Below are positions 10,296-18,936 of a stretch of 32,000 nucleotides of DNA, piece after piece. The notes beneath the pieces are model-generated. The model was not told the origin of the DNA. It saw only the letters and a program-made list of their open reading frames with translations, and did not search any database. Source of the DNA: a cyanobacterium endosymbiont of Epithemia turgida isolate EtSB Lake Yunoko (lineage in GTDB: Bacteria; Cyanobacteriota; Cyanobacteriia; Cyanobacteriales; Microcystaceae); contig NZ_AP012549.1 in assembly GCF_000829235.1 (NCBI RefSeq), positions 240,001-272,000 on the forward strand, read 5' to 3'. Made by a program: the position numbers and the translations under genes. The stretch's first letter is position 1; each line of letters starts with the position of its first letter.

Positions 10296-10339
10296 AACTA
10301 TAAAAACCCAGTTTATATATAAACTGGGTTTTTATAGTT
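10296..10339. terminator. Orphan perfect 44-nt palindrome, bidirectional-terminator-like
   Basis: AACTATAAAAACCCAGTTTATATATAAACTGGGTTTTTATAGTT equals its own reverse complement. The GC core ACCCAG/CTGGGT is flanked by an A5/T5 tract on each strand. No intact gene ends nearby. Confidence 0.5.
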
Positions 10340-10827
10340 AAAGAACACTGTCACAATAAATCATTGATAGTTAATAAATATCAATAATTTATAATTATTA
10401 GTCTATAAAAGTGGAAGATAAACTGAATAGACATAGTTATTCCATTGAATAAATTTTTATAAATTAAATAAATAACTATTTTAAAAACTCATGTATAACA
10501 GTTTAATAGTCATAAGTCGACAACATAAAATAAAAGATATTTTTATAACATTAAAGATCAATGATTTTAAAGACTCAAAAATTTGGACAAAAGACATAGG
10601 CATTATTAACAGTATTATTTTGCTACCAAAATTTTTTCTTAAGGTAAAATGTCTAATACTATTAGATGCTTTTAACACAGCATATCGTAGTATTGTCTTA
10701 ATTTAATCTAATATATAAGAAGGATATACAAAAAAATATAACAAGAATATATCAGGCCTTTAATTATAGCATAAAATTTGACTAATCAAAAATATAATTT
10801 ATTTTGAAATTGTCTAAATGATGGTTA

Positions 10828-10881
10828 ATTTTTTACTTTAAACTTAAAAATATAACTATTTTTAAGTTTAAAGTAAAAAAT
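10828..10881. repeat. Perfect 25-bp inverted repeat with a 4-nt loop (almost pure AT)
   Basis: ATTTTTTACTTTAAACTTAAAAATA (10828-10852), loop TAAC, TATTTTTAAGTTTAAAGTAAAAAAT (10857-10881). The arms are exact reverse complements. Confidence 0.8.
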
Positions 10882-11352
10882 AGAAACATAAAATTTATTG
10901 ATAAAGGGTTTTTAAAACCTCAATGACGATTATAATTTTATGAATAACATTTCACTCAATACAATTATTTTCAACAGCACAACCTTCGAAATTTTAAGAT
11001 CTTATATTAAAATCTTTCAACGTATAAGTATTGTTATCTGTTGAAATACTTGTCAACGCAGATTACGATGTACGGACTATTATTTGGAAACCCTTTACAA
11101 TCACAAACTTTTGTTGCAATACGATGCGAGTAAATAAAAATTATTTTATGATTAATATGGTTTGTTTAAATGTATTTATCAATACAACTAAAATCATCAA
11201 CAAACAAGAACTAGGGATTTATGGACTTGAACTGAATAATTTCTTTAGTAAACAATCCTTAAAGTTTATATTTAATTTTCGTGTGTCTATGCTTAAAGGG
11301 TTAATTCCTGATATCAATAGCATATCTATATTCAATTCTTGGGATAGTGATG

Positions 11353-11382
11353 TTGCACTAATTTAGTTAAAATTACTATAAT
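11353..11382 (+). promoter_or_regulatory. Candidate sigma70-type promoter of nadA
   Basis: TTGCAC (11353-11358), 18-nt spacer, perfect TATAAT (11377-11382), about 50 nt upstream of the start. AGGAG at 11414-11418 is a likely SD. Confidence 0.35.
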
Positions 11383-11431
11383 AGGTTTGGTAATACTAAC
11401 TGTAAATACCAATCAGGAGTAACATTCCACT

Positions 11432-12403
11432 GTGTTGACCACTATAAGACCTCATCCATACTCACAATCTAATCAAATTCCCAATGATTTATTGACAGCG
11501 ATAAGCCAACTCAAAAAAGAATTAAATGCTGTTATTTTAGCTCATTATTATCAAGATCCTGATATCCAAGATATTGCAGATTTTCTAGGTGATTCTTTGA
11601 GTCTTTCTCAACAAGCAGCTAATACAAATGCAGACGTCATTGTCTTTGCCGGGGTTCATTTTATGGCAGAAACGGCTAAAATTTTGAATCCTAATAAATT
11701 AGTTTTACTACCTGATTTAGAAGCTGGGTGTTCTTTAGCTGATAGCTGTCCTCCTAACACTTTTGCTCAATTTAAGGCTCAATACCCCAATTGTATTGTA
11801 GTTTCCTACATCAATTGCACTGCTGCTATTAAAGCGATGAGCGATATTATTTGTACGAGTTCTAATGCGGTTAAAATTGTTGAGCAACTACCAAAAAATC
11901 GTTCTATTATTTTTGCTCCTGATCGCAATTTAGGAAAATATGTAATGAAACAAACAGGACGAAAGTTAATTCTTTGGCAGGGCAGTTGTATAGTTCATGA
12001 AACCTTTGCAGAAAAGAAAATAGTTCAGCTAAAAATAAAATATCCCCTTGCGGAAATAATTGCTCATCCTGAATGTGAAACTTCTGTTTTACGTCATGCT
12101 AATTATATTGGTTCAACTACTGCTTTGTTAAAATATTGTCAACAAAGTTTAAGTACTGAATTTATTGTTGCAACGGAGCCGGGAATTATTCATCAGATGA
12201 AAAAACTTGCACCTATGAAACACTTTATTCCTGCACCAGCAATAAATAATTGTGCTTGCAATGAGTGTCCTTATATGCGATTGAATACACTAGAAAAATT
12301 GTATCTCGCTATGAAGTTTAAACAGCCAGAAATTACAATAAATGAATCTATTAGGATTGCTGCTTTAGGCCCTATTCAAAAGATGTTAGAATTGTCATTT
12401 TAG
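11432..12403 (+). CDS. nadA: Quinolinate synthase A
   Basis: 323-aa ORF with a GTG start. Typical NadA features are present: [20 protein letters not shown], three Fe-S Cys regions (GCSLA, SYINCTA, GSCIVHE) and a [13 protein letters not shown] tail. Confidence 0.94.
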   Translation: MLTTIRPHPYSQSNQIPNDLLTAISQLKKELNAVILAHYYQDPDIQDIADFLGDSLSLSQQAANTNADVIVFAGVHFMAETAKILNPNKLVLLPDLEAGCSLADSCPPNTFAQFKAQYPNCIVVSYINCTAAIKAMSDIICTSSNAVKIVEQLPKNRSIIFAPDRNLGKYVMKQTGRKLILWQGSCIVHETFAEKKIVQLKIKYPLAEIIAHPECETSVLRHANYIGSTTALLKYCQQSLSTEFIVATEPGIIHQMKKLAPMKHFIPAPAINNCACNECPYMRLNTLEKLYLAMKFKQPEITINESIRIAALGPIQKMLELSF

Positions 12404-13959
12404 TTAATAACTTACTTAATCAACCTCCCTTGCAAAAAATAATATTGATTAGGCAAATCTCAAAATAACTTTACGGTATTTTACCCTATATTCAATACAC
12501 TAGACTTGTTAATAAAAGTATGTAATAGTATCACAAAAATTTTAGTTTGTATTTAACAACAAGATCTAATATAACACGCCCTAATTTTTGTTTAGTTTGT
12601 AAACATTCTACAAAATATTAGTAGATTTTGTTGTCAAGCTACTCAGGTCTAACAATCTACTTTTTTGCTATCATAAAACTTTGGATAAAAAAATTAGACC
12701 AGCTATAAAAAATAAAATTTAGAAGAATATCCAAGATATAGAGTCTTTGATTTTAATGAAGTCATTCTTTCAGCGTCACCAAGAAAAAATGATGGGAAAA
12801 TTATCTAGACTATTACGATCTTAGTCTGTTTTTTTCGTAGTAAATTTAATTTACCTTATTTTTTTCTAAATTCTAATCTATCAAAAAATAAATTACTTAA
12901 AAAACCAAAATTAAAATTAATTTTGGTTTAAACACCTATCAAAGCAAATACTACCATTTTCAAATATAATTTGAAATGGTAGTATTGATGCTTTTAATAT
13001 AAATTAAATTAAACCATAGTAATAAAAGGAGTTTAGTTATATAAAAATTAAAAAGTTAATTTTAATAACTGTCAAGTGTAAGTAGTAAATTGAAGAATAT
13101 CTTCAAACTTACCTTAATCAACTTTTATATAAAAAAACAGATAACGGACTTAAAAAAATTGTAAATTTTAAAATTATATAAACAAGAAAATTAGAGGTAA
13201 TAGTTAAATAGTTATAAGTTTATAATAAAAAATTATACAATAATTTTGCCCATTAATTAATACTATAAACTACTCTAGTAGTAGATATGTTTTGTATACT
13301 AGAATTAGTTAATATTTAAATTATTTAAAATAACTCTTAAATAAGAAACTATAAAAACTAGAAATACTACACTACTAATACAGAAAATATATGTTTTTAA
13401 AAAAATAAAAATTTTAAATAATAAATAAACAGTTAAATTTAACTAGGTGTATAAAACGTCACCAATCTTCTAAAAAAGATACTAACTCTTTTAAAGAAAT
13501 TGAAAAATTCTTTATGTAAATTTGGATTGAGCATTAGAACTGTTAAAATCAGTCAATTGGTGTCAGGCAGGTTACTTTTTACATCAAAAGTTATCAAATA
13601 GTTAAGCTAGACATTAAATTAGGAGAATTATTCCTTATTTTTAACCAATAAAAACTTAAAGAACAGGAGAAAGTATTAACAATAAATAAAAGTCTACTAA
13701 AAAGAGAACTTATGGACTCAGTAATTTGATCAATTTTAAACTTTAAATTTTCTTAACTTTACATATCATTAATTAATTTTACATTACCAGGTTAGTATAA
13801 TTATTTTTTGTGGCCATGTAGAATTATTTTCTGTTTTCTAACTTATAGATAAAAAAATGATTTTACTTAATATAAAACTTATTTTATATTAAGTATATTA
13901 ACCTTATACTTCTATTTGTTTTTGAATGATGCAGTATTTCCTGATTTATTTTTTTTATT

Positions 13960-14010
13960 TCTAGCTCTATATTTAAAATAATTCGGAATTATTTTAAATA
14001 TAGAGCTAGA
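13960..14010. repeat. Perfect 25-bp inverted repeat around a single central G
   Basis: TCTAGCTCTATATTTAAAATAATTC (13960-13984), g13985, GAATTATTTTAAATATAGAGCTAGA (13986-14010), followed by a T-rich tract. It lies in the middle of the 2.1-kb spacer. Confidence 0.8.
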
Positions 14011-14441
14011 TTTTCCTTTTTTTCCAGAATATTGAAAAATTATTGGCTATTAGTAGAGTTTCCCATCTCTTTCTAAAAAATAATAAATATATTTTATATC
14101 TTATTCGGTAAAAGCTCTTTTTTATTTCTCAAAGAATTACACAATCCTCTTTTTTACTTTTTTGCTGATATATTTACTCAACCTACAGTTTTTTCACCTG
14201 TTATTTTCTTTTTTTTAAAACTTATACTTCTGTTCTAGTTCTAGTAACAACTTTTAGTTCGCGGGTCAACTTTGATAGTTATTACTCTTCTAAATTAGGT
14301 TATTTAAATTCTTGGATAGACTGAGATATAGTGCTGTTCCCTTTTTAACTAATCTTGATTTTATAATTATCTAGGCTCATTGACCCAATGTAACTTACTA
14401 TTTGTGCTCAATGAATTATACAGTCCCCAAATAATTATCAA

Positions 14442-14470
14442 CTGATAACACTTCTCCGAGTTGCTATACT
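14442..14470 (+). promoter_or_regulatory. Candidate promoter of the MBL-fold hydrolase gene
   Basis: CTGATA (14442-14447), 17-nt spacer, TATACT (14465-14470), 35 nt upstream of the ATG. The match is weak. Confidence 0.25.
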
Positions 14471-14504
14471 AAACAAGATTAAAATACCTAATTTTGGACT
14501 AAAA

Positions 14505-15290
14505 ATGAAACGGCGACAGTTACTCCATTATGCTAGTGCAGGTGCTATTACAGCTACTGTAATTTCCCTGATTTCTCACTTTCAGCCGGCCTCAGCCGAG
14601 GGTAACGGTTCATTAATGATAGAGTATTTAGGTCATACTTCTTTTTTATACATAGGAGGAGGACTAAGAATTTTAGCTAATCCTTTCCGGGCAATTGGCT
14701 GTACCGCCGGATATAGACTACCTAAAATAGAGGCAGATTTAGTAATTATTAGTAGCCAACTCTGGGACGAAGGAGCAGCTGAAAACCTACCTGGAAATCC
14801 CAAGGTTTTGTATGAACCTGGAGTTTATGAAATTAAAGGACTAAGAATTCAAGGAGTCGGTATTGATCATGATCTTAAGGGAGGCAAACAATTTGGGACT
14901 AATGTCGCTTGGCGTTGGATTCAAGGAGGACTGCGAATTGTCCATTTAGGCGGAGCAGCTGCTCCTATTGGCATTGAACAGAAAATTCTTCTAGGAACTC
15001 CTGATATTGCTATGATCCCTGTGGGAGGCGGACGAAAAGCCTATAAACCTAATGAGGGAAAACAAGCAATGGAGATTCTTAAACCCAAGGTAATGATTCC
15101 TACTCATTATTTAACAGAAGCTGCAGATACGGAAGCTTGTGACTTATCTCCTGTAGATGAATTTTTAGAGTTAGTCAAAGACATGAATATTCGTCAGATT
15201 AATGACAATAAATTGCTAATCAAATTTCAAGATTTACCCAAAGAAGGAACTCTTATTCGAGTTTTGAGTGAAAAACCAGTTCTTAAATAA
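14505..15290 (+). CDS. Tat-exported MBL-fold (beta-lactamase-like) metal-dependent hydrolase
   Basis: 261-aa ORF. The N-terminus MKRRQLLHYASAGAITATVISLISHFQPASA|E has a twin-arginine motif, an h-region and an AxA site. The body resembles UlaG-like / Zn-dependent hydrolases of the beta-lactamase fold (YLGHTSF, IPTHY). Confidence 0.78.
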   Translation: MKRRQLLHYASAGAITATVISLISHFQPASAEGNGSLMIEYLGHTSFLYIGGGLRILANPFRAIGCTAGYRLPKIEADLVIISSQLWDEGAAENLPGNPKVLYEPGVYEIKGLRIQGVGIDHDLKGGKQFGTNVAWRWIQGGLRIVHLGGAAAPIGIEQKILLGTPDIAMIPVGGGRKAYKPNEGKQAMEILKPKVMIPTHYLTEAADTEACDLSPVDEFLELVKDMNIRQINDNKLLIKFQDLPKEGTLIRVLSEKPVLK

Positions 15291-15302
15291 TTCTTAGGCA
15301 AA

Positions 15303-15764
15303 CTAAACTAATACACACATAGATTGTGAAATACAACACCTGAAGACTTTAGAAATCGAGTCTAAACCATGGGATAAATTGATAGTTGTTTCGATAGAAG
15401 GTTTTGGGTGAGTATCATAAACTAATTTTCCAGGGTAGGGATAAGTTTTAACGATCAAGCCATAAGCCCAAGTTGTAATCGCAATTTTTGCTAAAGGTCC
15501 AATTATTTCTGTTCTTCTAGCAGAATGGAAAGAACTAACGATAACGGGTAAATAGGTACGTCATTTCAGAGTAACCACTGCTTGTAAGTTTAGGACATTG
15601 CGAGTGTATGGATAGGTATCAAAACCATAAATTCTCGCCCACATAACACTGTCTGGAAATTTTTTTGACTTAAGATATATTCTACCTCAAAATAAACTCT
15701 TAAAGAGTTGCAGCTAAACCTCATTTTAAAAGTAATTGAAACTAATAGAAGAAGATCTCGGTTT
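15303..15764 (-). pseudogene. Decayed carbon-nitrogen hydrolase (nitrilase superfamily, N-carbamoylputrescine-amidase-like)
   Basis: Minus-strand reading: ...RVYFEVEYILSQKKFPDSVMWARIYGFDTYPYTRNVLNLQAVVTLK*RTYLPVIVSSFHSARRTEIIGPLAKIAITTWAYGLIVKTYPYPGKLVYDTHPKPSIETTINLSHGLDSISKVFR...*. It is colinear with the CN-hydrolase pattern ICxDxxFPE...GAeil.YPtA...vvPlvAsNRiG...fyG.S.i..P.G.iv...v.a.iDL. The catalytic Cys position reads Leu, there is an in-frame stop, and no start codon is present. Confidence 0.5.
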
Positions 15765-16184
15765 CAAATTTCTTTTTCCGCAACTATTGAGCAGATTAAT
15801 TTGCTTATTGAGAGGTAAAAGTCTCAATTTATGCTAAATATTTAATAATATAATGACTGCTAATAATTACATTTTCTTGATTCTCAAAAAGAAAGATACC
15901 TGTTGAAGCTATAATGTTTACTACTTTGGAGTAAACATTATAAGCCAAGTTTTGCGTTTAATCTGGATCCAATTTTTTTTTGACAAGAATAAACATTGAA
16001 AAAACGAAATCTCGTATCAGTACTCAAGGAATGATGTGAACTAAAAAGAACAATACAGCTCAATTTTTCCAAAACTTTTGTCATTGTCAAATAAAATCAA
16101 AGCTATAAAATCAGATTCGATTCGAGATGTAATTATGTTGTTTGTCTAGAGAAAAATAAAGAGAATCTTGTAATTTTGTTAATT

Positions 16185-16283
16185 CACCTCAACTTCCTGC
16201 TAGTGTAGGCTAACTTTATCGATCTCATGCTAGCTTGACTTAAGCCTGTGGATACTAGGCTTAAATTTTAGAGTGTTGAGGTG
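16185..16283 (+). other. Structured island, a possible small RNA or leader (speculative)
   Basis: Outer pairing CACCTCAAC (16185-16193) / GTTGAGGTG (16275-16283). Inner hairpin TTAAGCCT (16240-16247), loop GTGGATACT, AGGCTTAA (16257-16264), followed by ATTTTA. It is a GC-richer island inside an AT-rich spacer. Confidence 0.2.
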
Positions 16284-16552
16284 GAGCTATTATTCTTAAA
16301 TAGAAAAGAAACAATCGATAGATATTCAATATCTCTAAAATTAAAATAATTAAGTAATTTTAAAAAAAAATCAAAATAATGTTCACATGGCATATCCTCC
16401 AAAGACTATAAGGTTAATTAGCTCAAAGTTAGGGTATATAAACAAACACTTTAGTACGTTATGAGATGAAAAAGTAGATAAACTGCTTAAAAAGCTATAA
16501 TTTACATAGCATACTTTGTTTCCTGTTTCTAAACAAAGCAGTCTTCTGAAGT

Positions 16553-17056
16553 TTGATGATGATCACGTTAAAAAATGTTGATCAGTTCAAATCCTTAAAA
16601 AAGTTCACTTTTTATGTCTCACAACGCTATAATATCTTATCAGAATTAAACCCTATCATCGACTCGGAGGAGGAAGCTATTCCTGAGCAACTTATCCTGA
16701 CCGTGAGTTTACGAGGAACTCGCGATGTTCAAAGCACATACCAAATTTTTCGGCTAACTGGCCTATTAGATGCTTTTTCTGAACCTACTTTTCGGAAGGT
16801 GATTGGAAATTGTATAGATGAGGGACCAGCCAATATTATTCTAGTCTTGTCTCAAATTGACTTTATTGATAGTTCTGGACTGGGCGCTTTAGTTCAACTT
16901 GTCAAAAAAGCACAAACTAATAAGGGTAGCTTACAAATCGTTACTAATCCTAGAGTGACTCAAACTGTTAAGCTAGTTCGTTTAGAGAAATTTTTGTCTT
17001 TGCAAACTTCAGTCGAAGATGCTATCAATAATCTCCCAAAGATAGTTAACTCATGA
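16553..17056 (+). CDS. STAS-domain anti-sigma-factor antagonist (SpoIIAA/RsbV-like) with an N-terminal extension
   Basis: 167-aa ORF (TTG start, then ATG ATG). The C-terminal ~105 aa form a STAS domain with the phospho-Ser motif IDFIDSSGLGALV. TATAAT at 16496-16501 and an 8-bp hairpin (16514-16538) lie upstream. Confidence 0.8.
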   Translation: MMMITLKNVDQFKSLKKFTFYVSQRYNILSELNPIIDSEEEAIPEQLILTVSLRGTRDVQSTYQIFRLTGLLDAFSEPTFRKVIGNCIDEGPANIILVLSQIDFIDSSGLGALVQLVKKAQTNKGSLQIVTNPRVTQTVKLVRLEKFLSLQTSVEDAINNLPKIVNS

Positions 17057-17111
17057 CAAGGACGTTACTGCTGTTTTTGTTCTTCTAGGATACTTAAACC
17101 GAGTTGAGGCT

Positions 17112-17591
17112 GTGAACTTACCTAATTCTGACCAAGACCAAGCTCAGTCCCTGATTTTCCATGAGGTTAGTCGAGTCTATGATAGCCTCTCTTCTGAGTG
17201 CATCGGTGTTAATTTTAAGTCAGTTGGTATGATACAGCAATTGTCTCCTGGCTTTCTGGCTTATTTGGGGGATGCAGTTTATGAACTTTATGTTCGGAGC
17301 CACTATATCTTCCCTCCGCGGCGGCTAGCTGACTATCATAATAAAGTAGTATCATTGGTGCGTGCCGAAAGCCAAGCAGCTTTTCTGTCAAATCTTCACC
17401 CACATTTAACGGAATTTGAGAAGGACATTGTTCGTCGAGGACGTAATACAGCGGCAGGAGGACGTCGACGTATATCACCAGAACTTTATCAACAAGCCAC
17501 CAGTTTTGAAACTTTGATTGGCTATCTCTATCTACAAAATCCACAACGTTTAAATCAATTACTCGGAAAATTAAATTTAAATTCAGCTTAA
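17112..17591 (+). CDS. mrnC: Mini-ribonuclease 3 (Mini-III)
   Basis: 159-aa ORF with the RNase III-like signature LAYLGDAVYELYVR and the downstream TSFETLIGYLYL motif. It has a GTG start, and the true start may be internal (M40). Confidence 0.85.
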   Translation: MNLPNSDQDQAQSLIFHEVSRVYDSLSSECIGVNFKSVGMIQQLSPGFLAYLGDAVYELYVRSHYIFPPRRLADYHNKVVSLVRAESQAAFLSNLHPHLTEFEKDIVRRGRNTAAGGRRRISPELYQQATSFETLIGYLYLQNPQRLNQLLGKLNLNSA

Positions 17592-18376
17592 GTGATGAAT
17601 TCCTAAGAAAGACTTATATTAGTTGAAGGAAACGATATCTTCTAGAAATTTTTTTATTTTCTGTTGTTGGTGAATTGAGAGAATTTATTTATAAGAATAT
17701 TTATTAAGAAAAGATGCCATTTTTAAATGAGGACAGATAATGTCGCAGTTGTTGTAACCACTTCTTGAAGGTTCAGGATATCAAAACTTTTGAAGGTTTT
17801 TATTCATGATAAGTTATTTTTCAATCATCGACCTTGTCGTACTTTAGATTGGGTATGAAAAATAAAAAAAGTGTTTGTCAATCTCGTGGAATACATATTT
17901 GTATAAACTGTATTATCCCGAACAATAAAGTTGGTAAAATTGAATATTGTTTAACAATTGTGTACAGACTATCTGACTACTAAAATGGATGAGTAGTCTA
18001 TTGCCATTCAAGAGTAAACTCTCAGGAAGATAGCTGCAAATTTCAAAGCATTGGACTTTTGGGAGAGACTATGTTAAACCATTGTGAAGGGACTAAACCT
18101 TTAAAATAAACCATGTTAGATCATAATATAAAGGTAGCAACAATGAGAGATAAGATGTAGCGTAAACGAGTCTTTTTTTGAGATGTATTTAAGATTTAGT
18201 TTAAGCCATAAGGCGAAATAACTAAATAGAATCTTATATCGCTGGGTTAAAGGTGTCTCTATTATTGTCAAATATCTAAGGTGCTCGACAATAATGGTTT
18301 AGTAAACTGTATGCTCTGAGGTTGTCAGAAGTATTTTAATTTTTTCAAGTTAACACGTGATACTAGAACGAAAGTT

Positions 18377-18724
18377 ATGACTAATATCTATCCATTCGAT
18401 TGGCCTACTAATAGTGATTGTCAGGCCGAAGTAGTGGTAAAAACAGTATATTCAATACAGGAAACTCGTCAGGCTCTCGAGCTGGTTCAAGAGCGTAAAA
18501 CTGTAGTTTTAATCCTAGATAAATTGCCCTTAGACCAGGCTCAGCGAGTAGCAGATTGGGTCGCGGGGGGAGCTTGTGCCACTGATGGACGAACCTTTTG
18601 GGTTGGGAAGAGGACTTTGATGTTTGTTCCTAACCAAGTCAGTGTTAAGTCTAGCCGCCTTTCCACTTCTCCTTTTGCTCCTAACCTCAAAACCTGTACA
18701 GAGCAGTTGACTAGTATTCCTTAA
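18377..18724 (+). CDS. sepF: SepF-family (DUF552) cell-division protein, short form
   Basis: 115-aa ORF matching the SepF core pattern: VVV..v.s..e....l......vvL.L..L....AQRv.Dw.aGg..A.dG......g....l.vP..V. Confidence 0.7.
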   Translation: MTNIYPFDWPTNSDCQAEVVVKTVYSIQETRQALELVQERKTVVLILDKLPLDQAQRVADWVAGGACATDGRTFWVGKRTLMFVPNQVSVKSSRLSTSPFAPNLKTCTEQLTSIP

Positions 18725-18936
18725 AGAAAGTTCCTACATAATTTTGTCAATTAACCTCTTTGGTGGAGAGGAAACCGACATTCTCTGAACTGATATTCTT
18801 TAGAGGACTAATATTCTCTGAGTAAAGTTCCTATAGAATTTAGCTAAACTTGTTATGTAAAGTAAAGATTAAAGATATAAAAGACATCGCCGACAATGAA
18901 CTCAATTAGAAGTTGCAGTTTTTGTGAGTTAACTCT

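Noticed and set aside
10481-11366. ORFs 10481-10678 (-), 10491-10706 (+) and 11031-11366 (+) in the secA-nadA spacer
   Set aside because: They are low-complexity I/K/N/F-rich translations of about 20% GC DNA. The first two are mutually overlapping on opposite strands, and the third overlaps the predicted nadA promoter. The minus strand at about 10990-11130 reads more protein-like (…HRIATKVCDCKGFPNNSPYIVICVDKYFNR*), but I could not identify it.
17215-17544. 109-aa minus-strand ORF
   Set aside because: It is fully antisense to the Mini-RNase III gene, whose RNase III signature is unambiguous, and it has no family resemblance.
16553-18724. Idea that STAS antagonist, Mini-III and SepF form a novel functional module
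   Set aside because: Each is a conserved stand-alone cyanobacterial housekeeping gene. SepF is separated from the others by a 0.8-kb dead spacer. No partner kinase, phosphatase or sigma factor is present. Co-orientation alone is not evidence.
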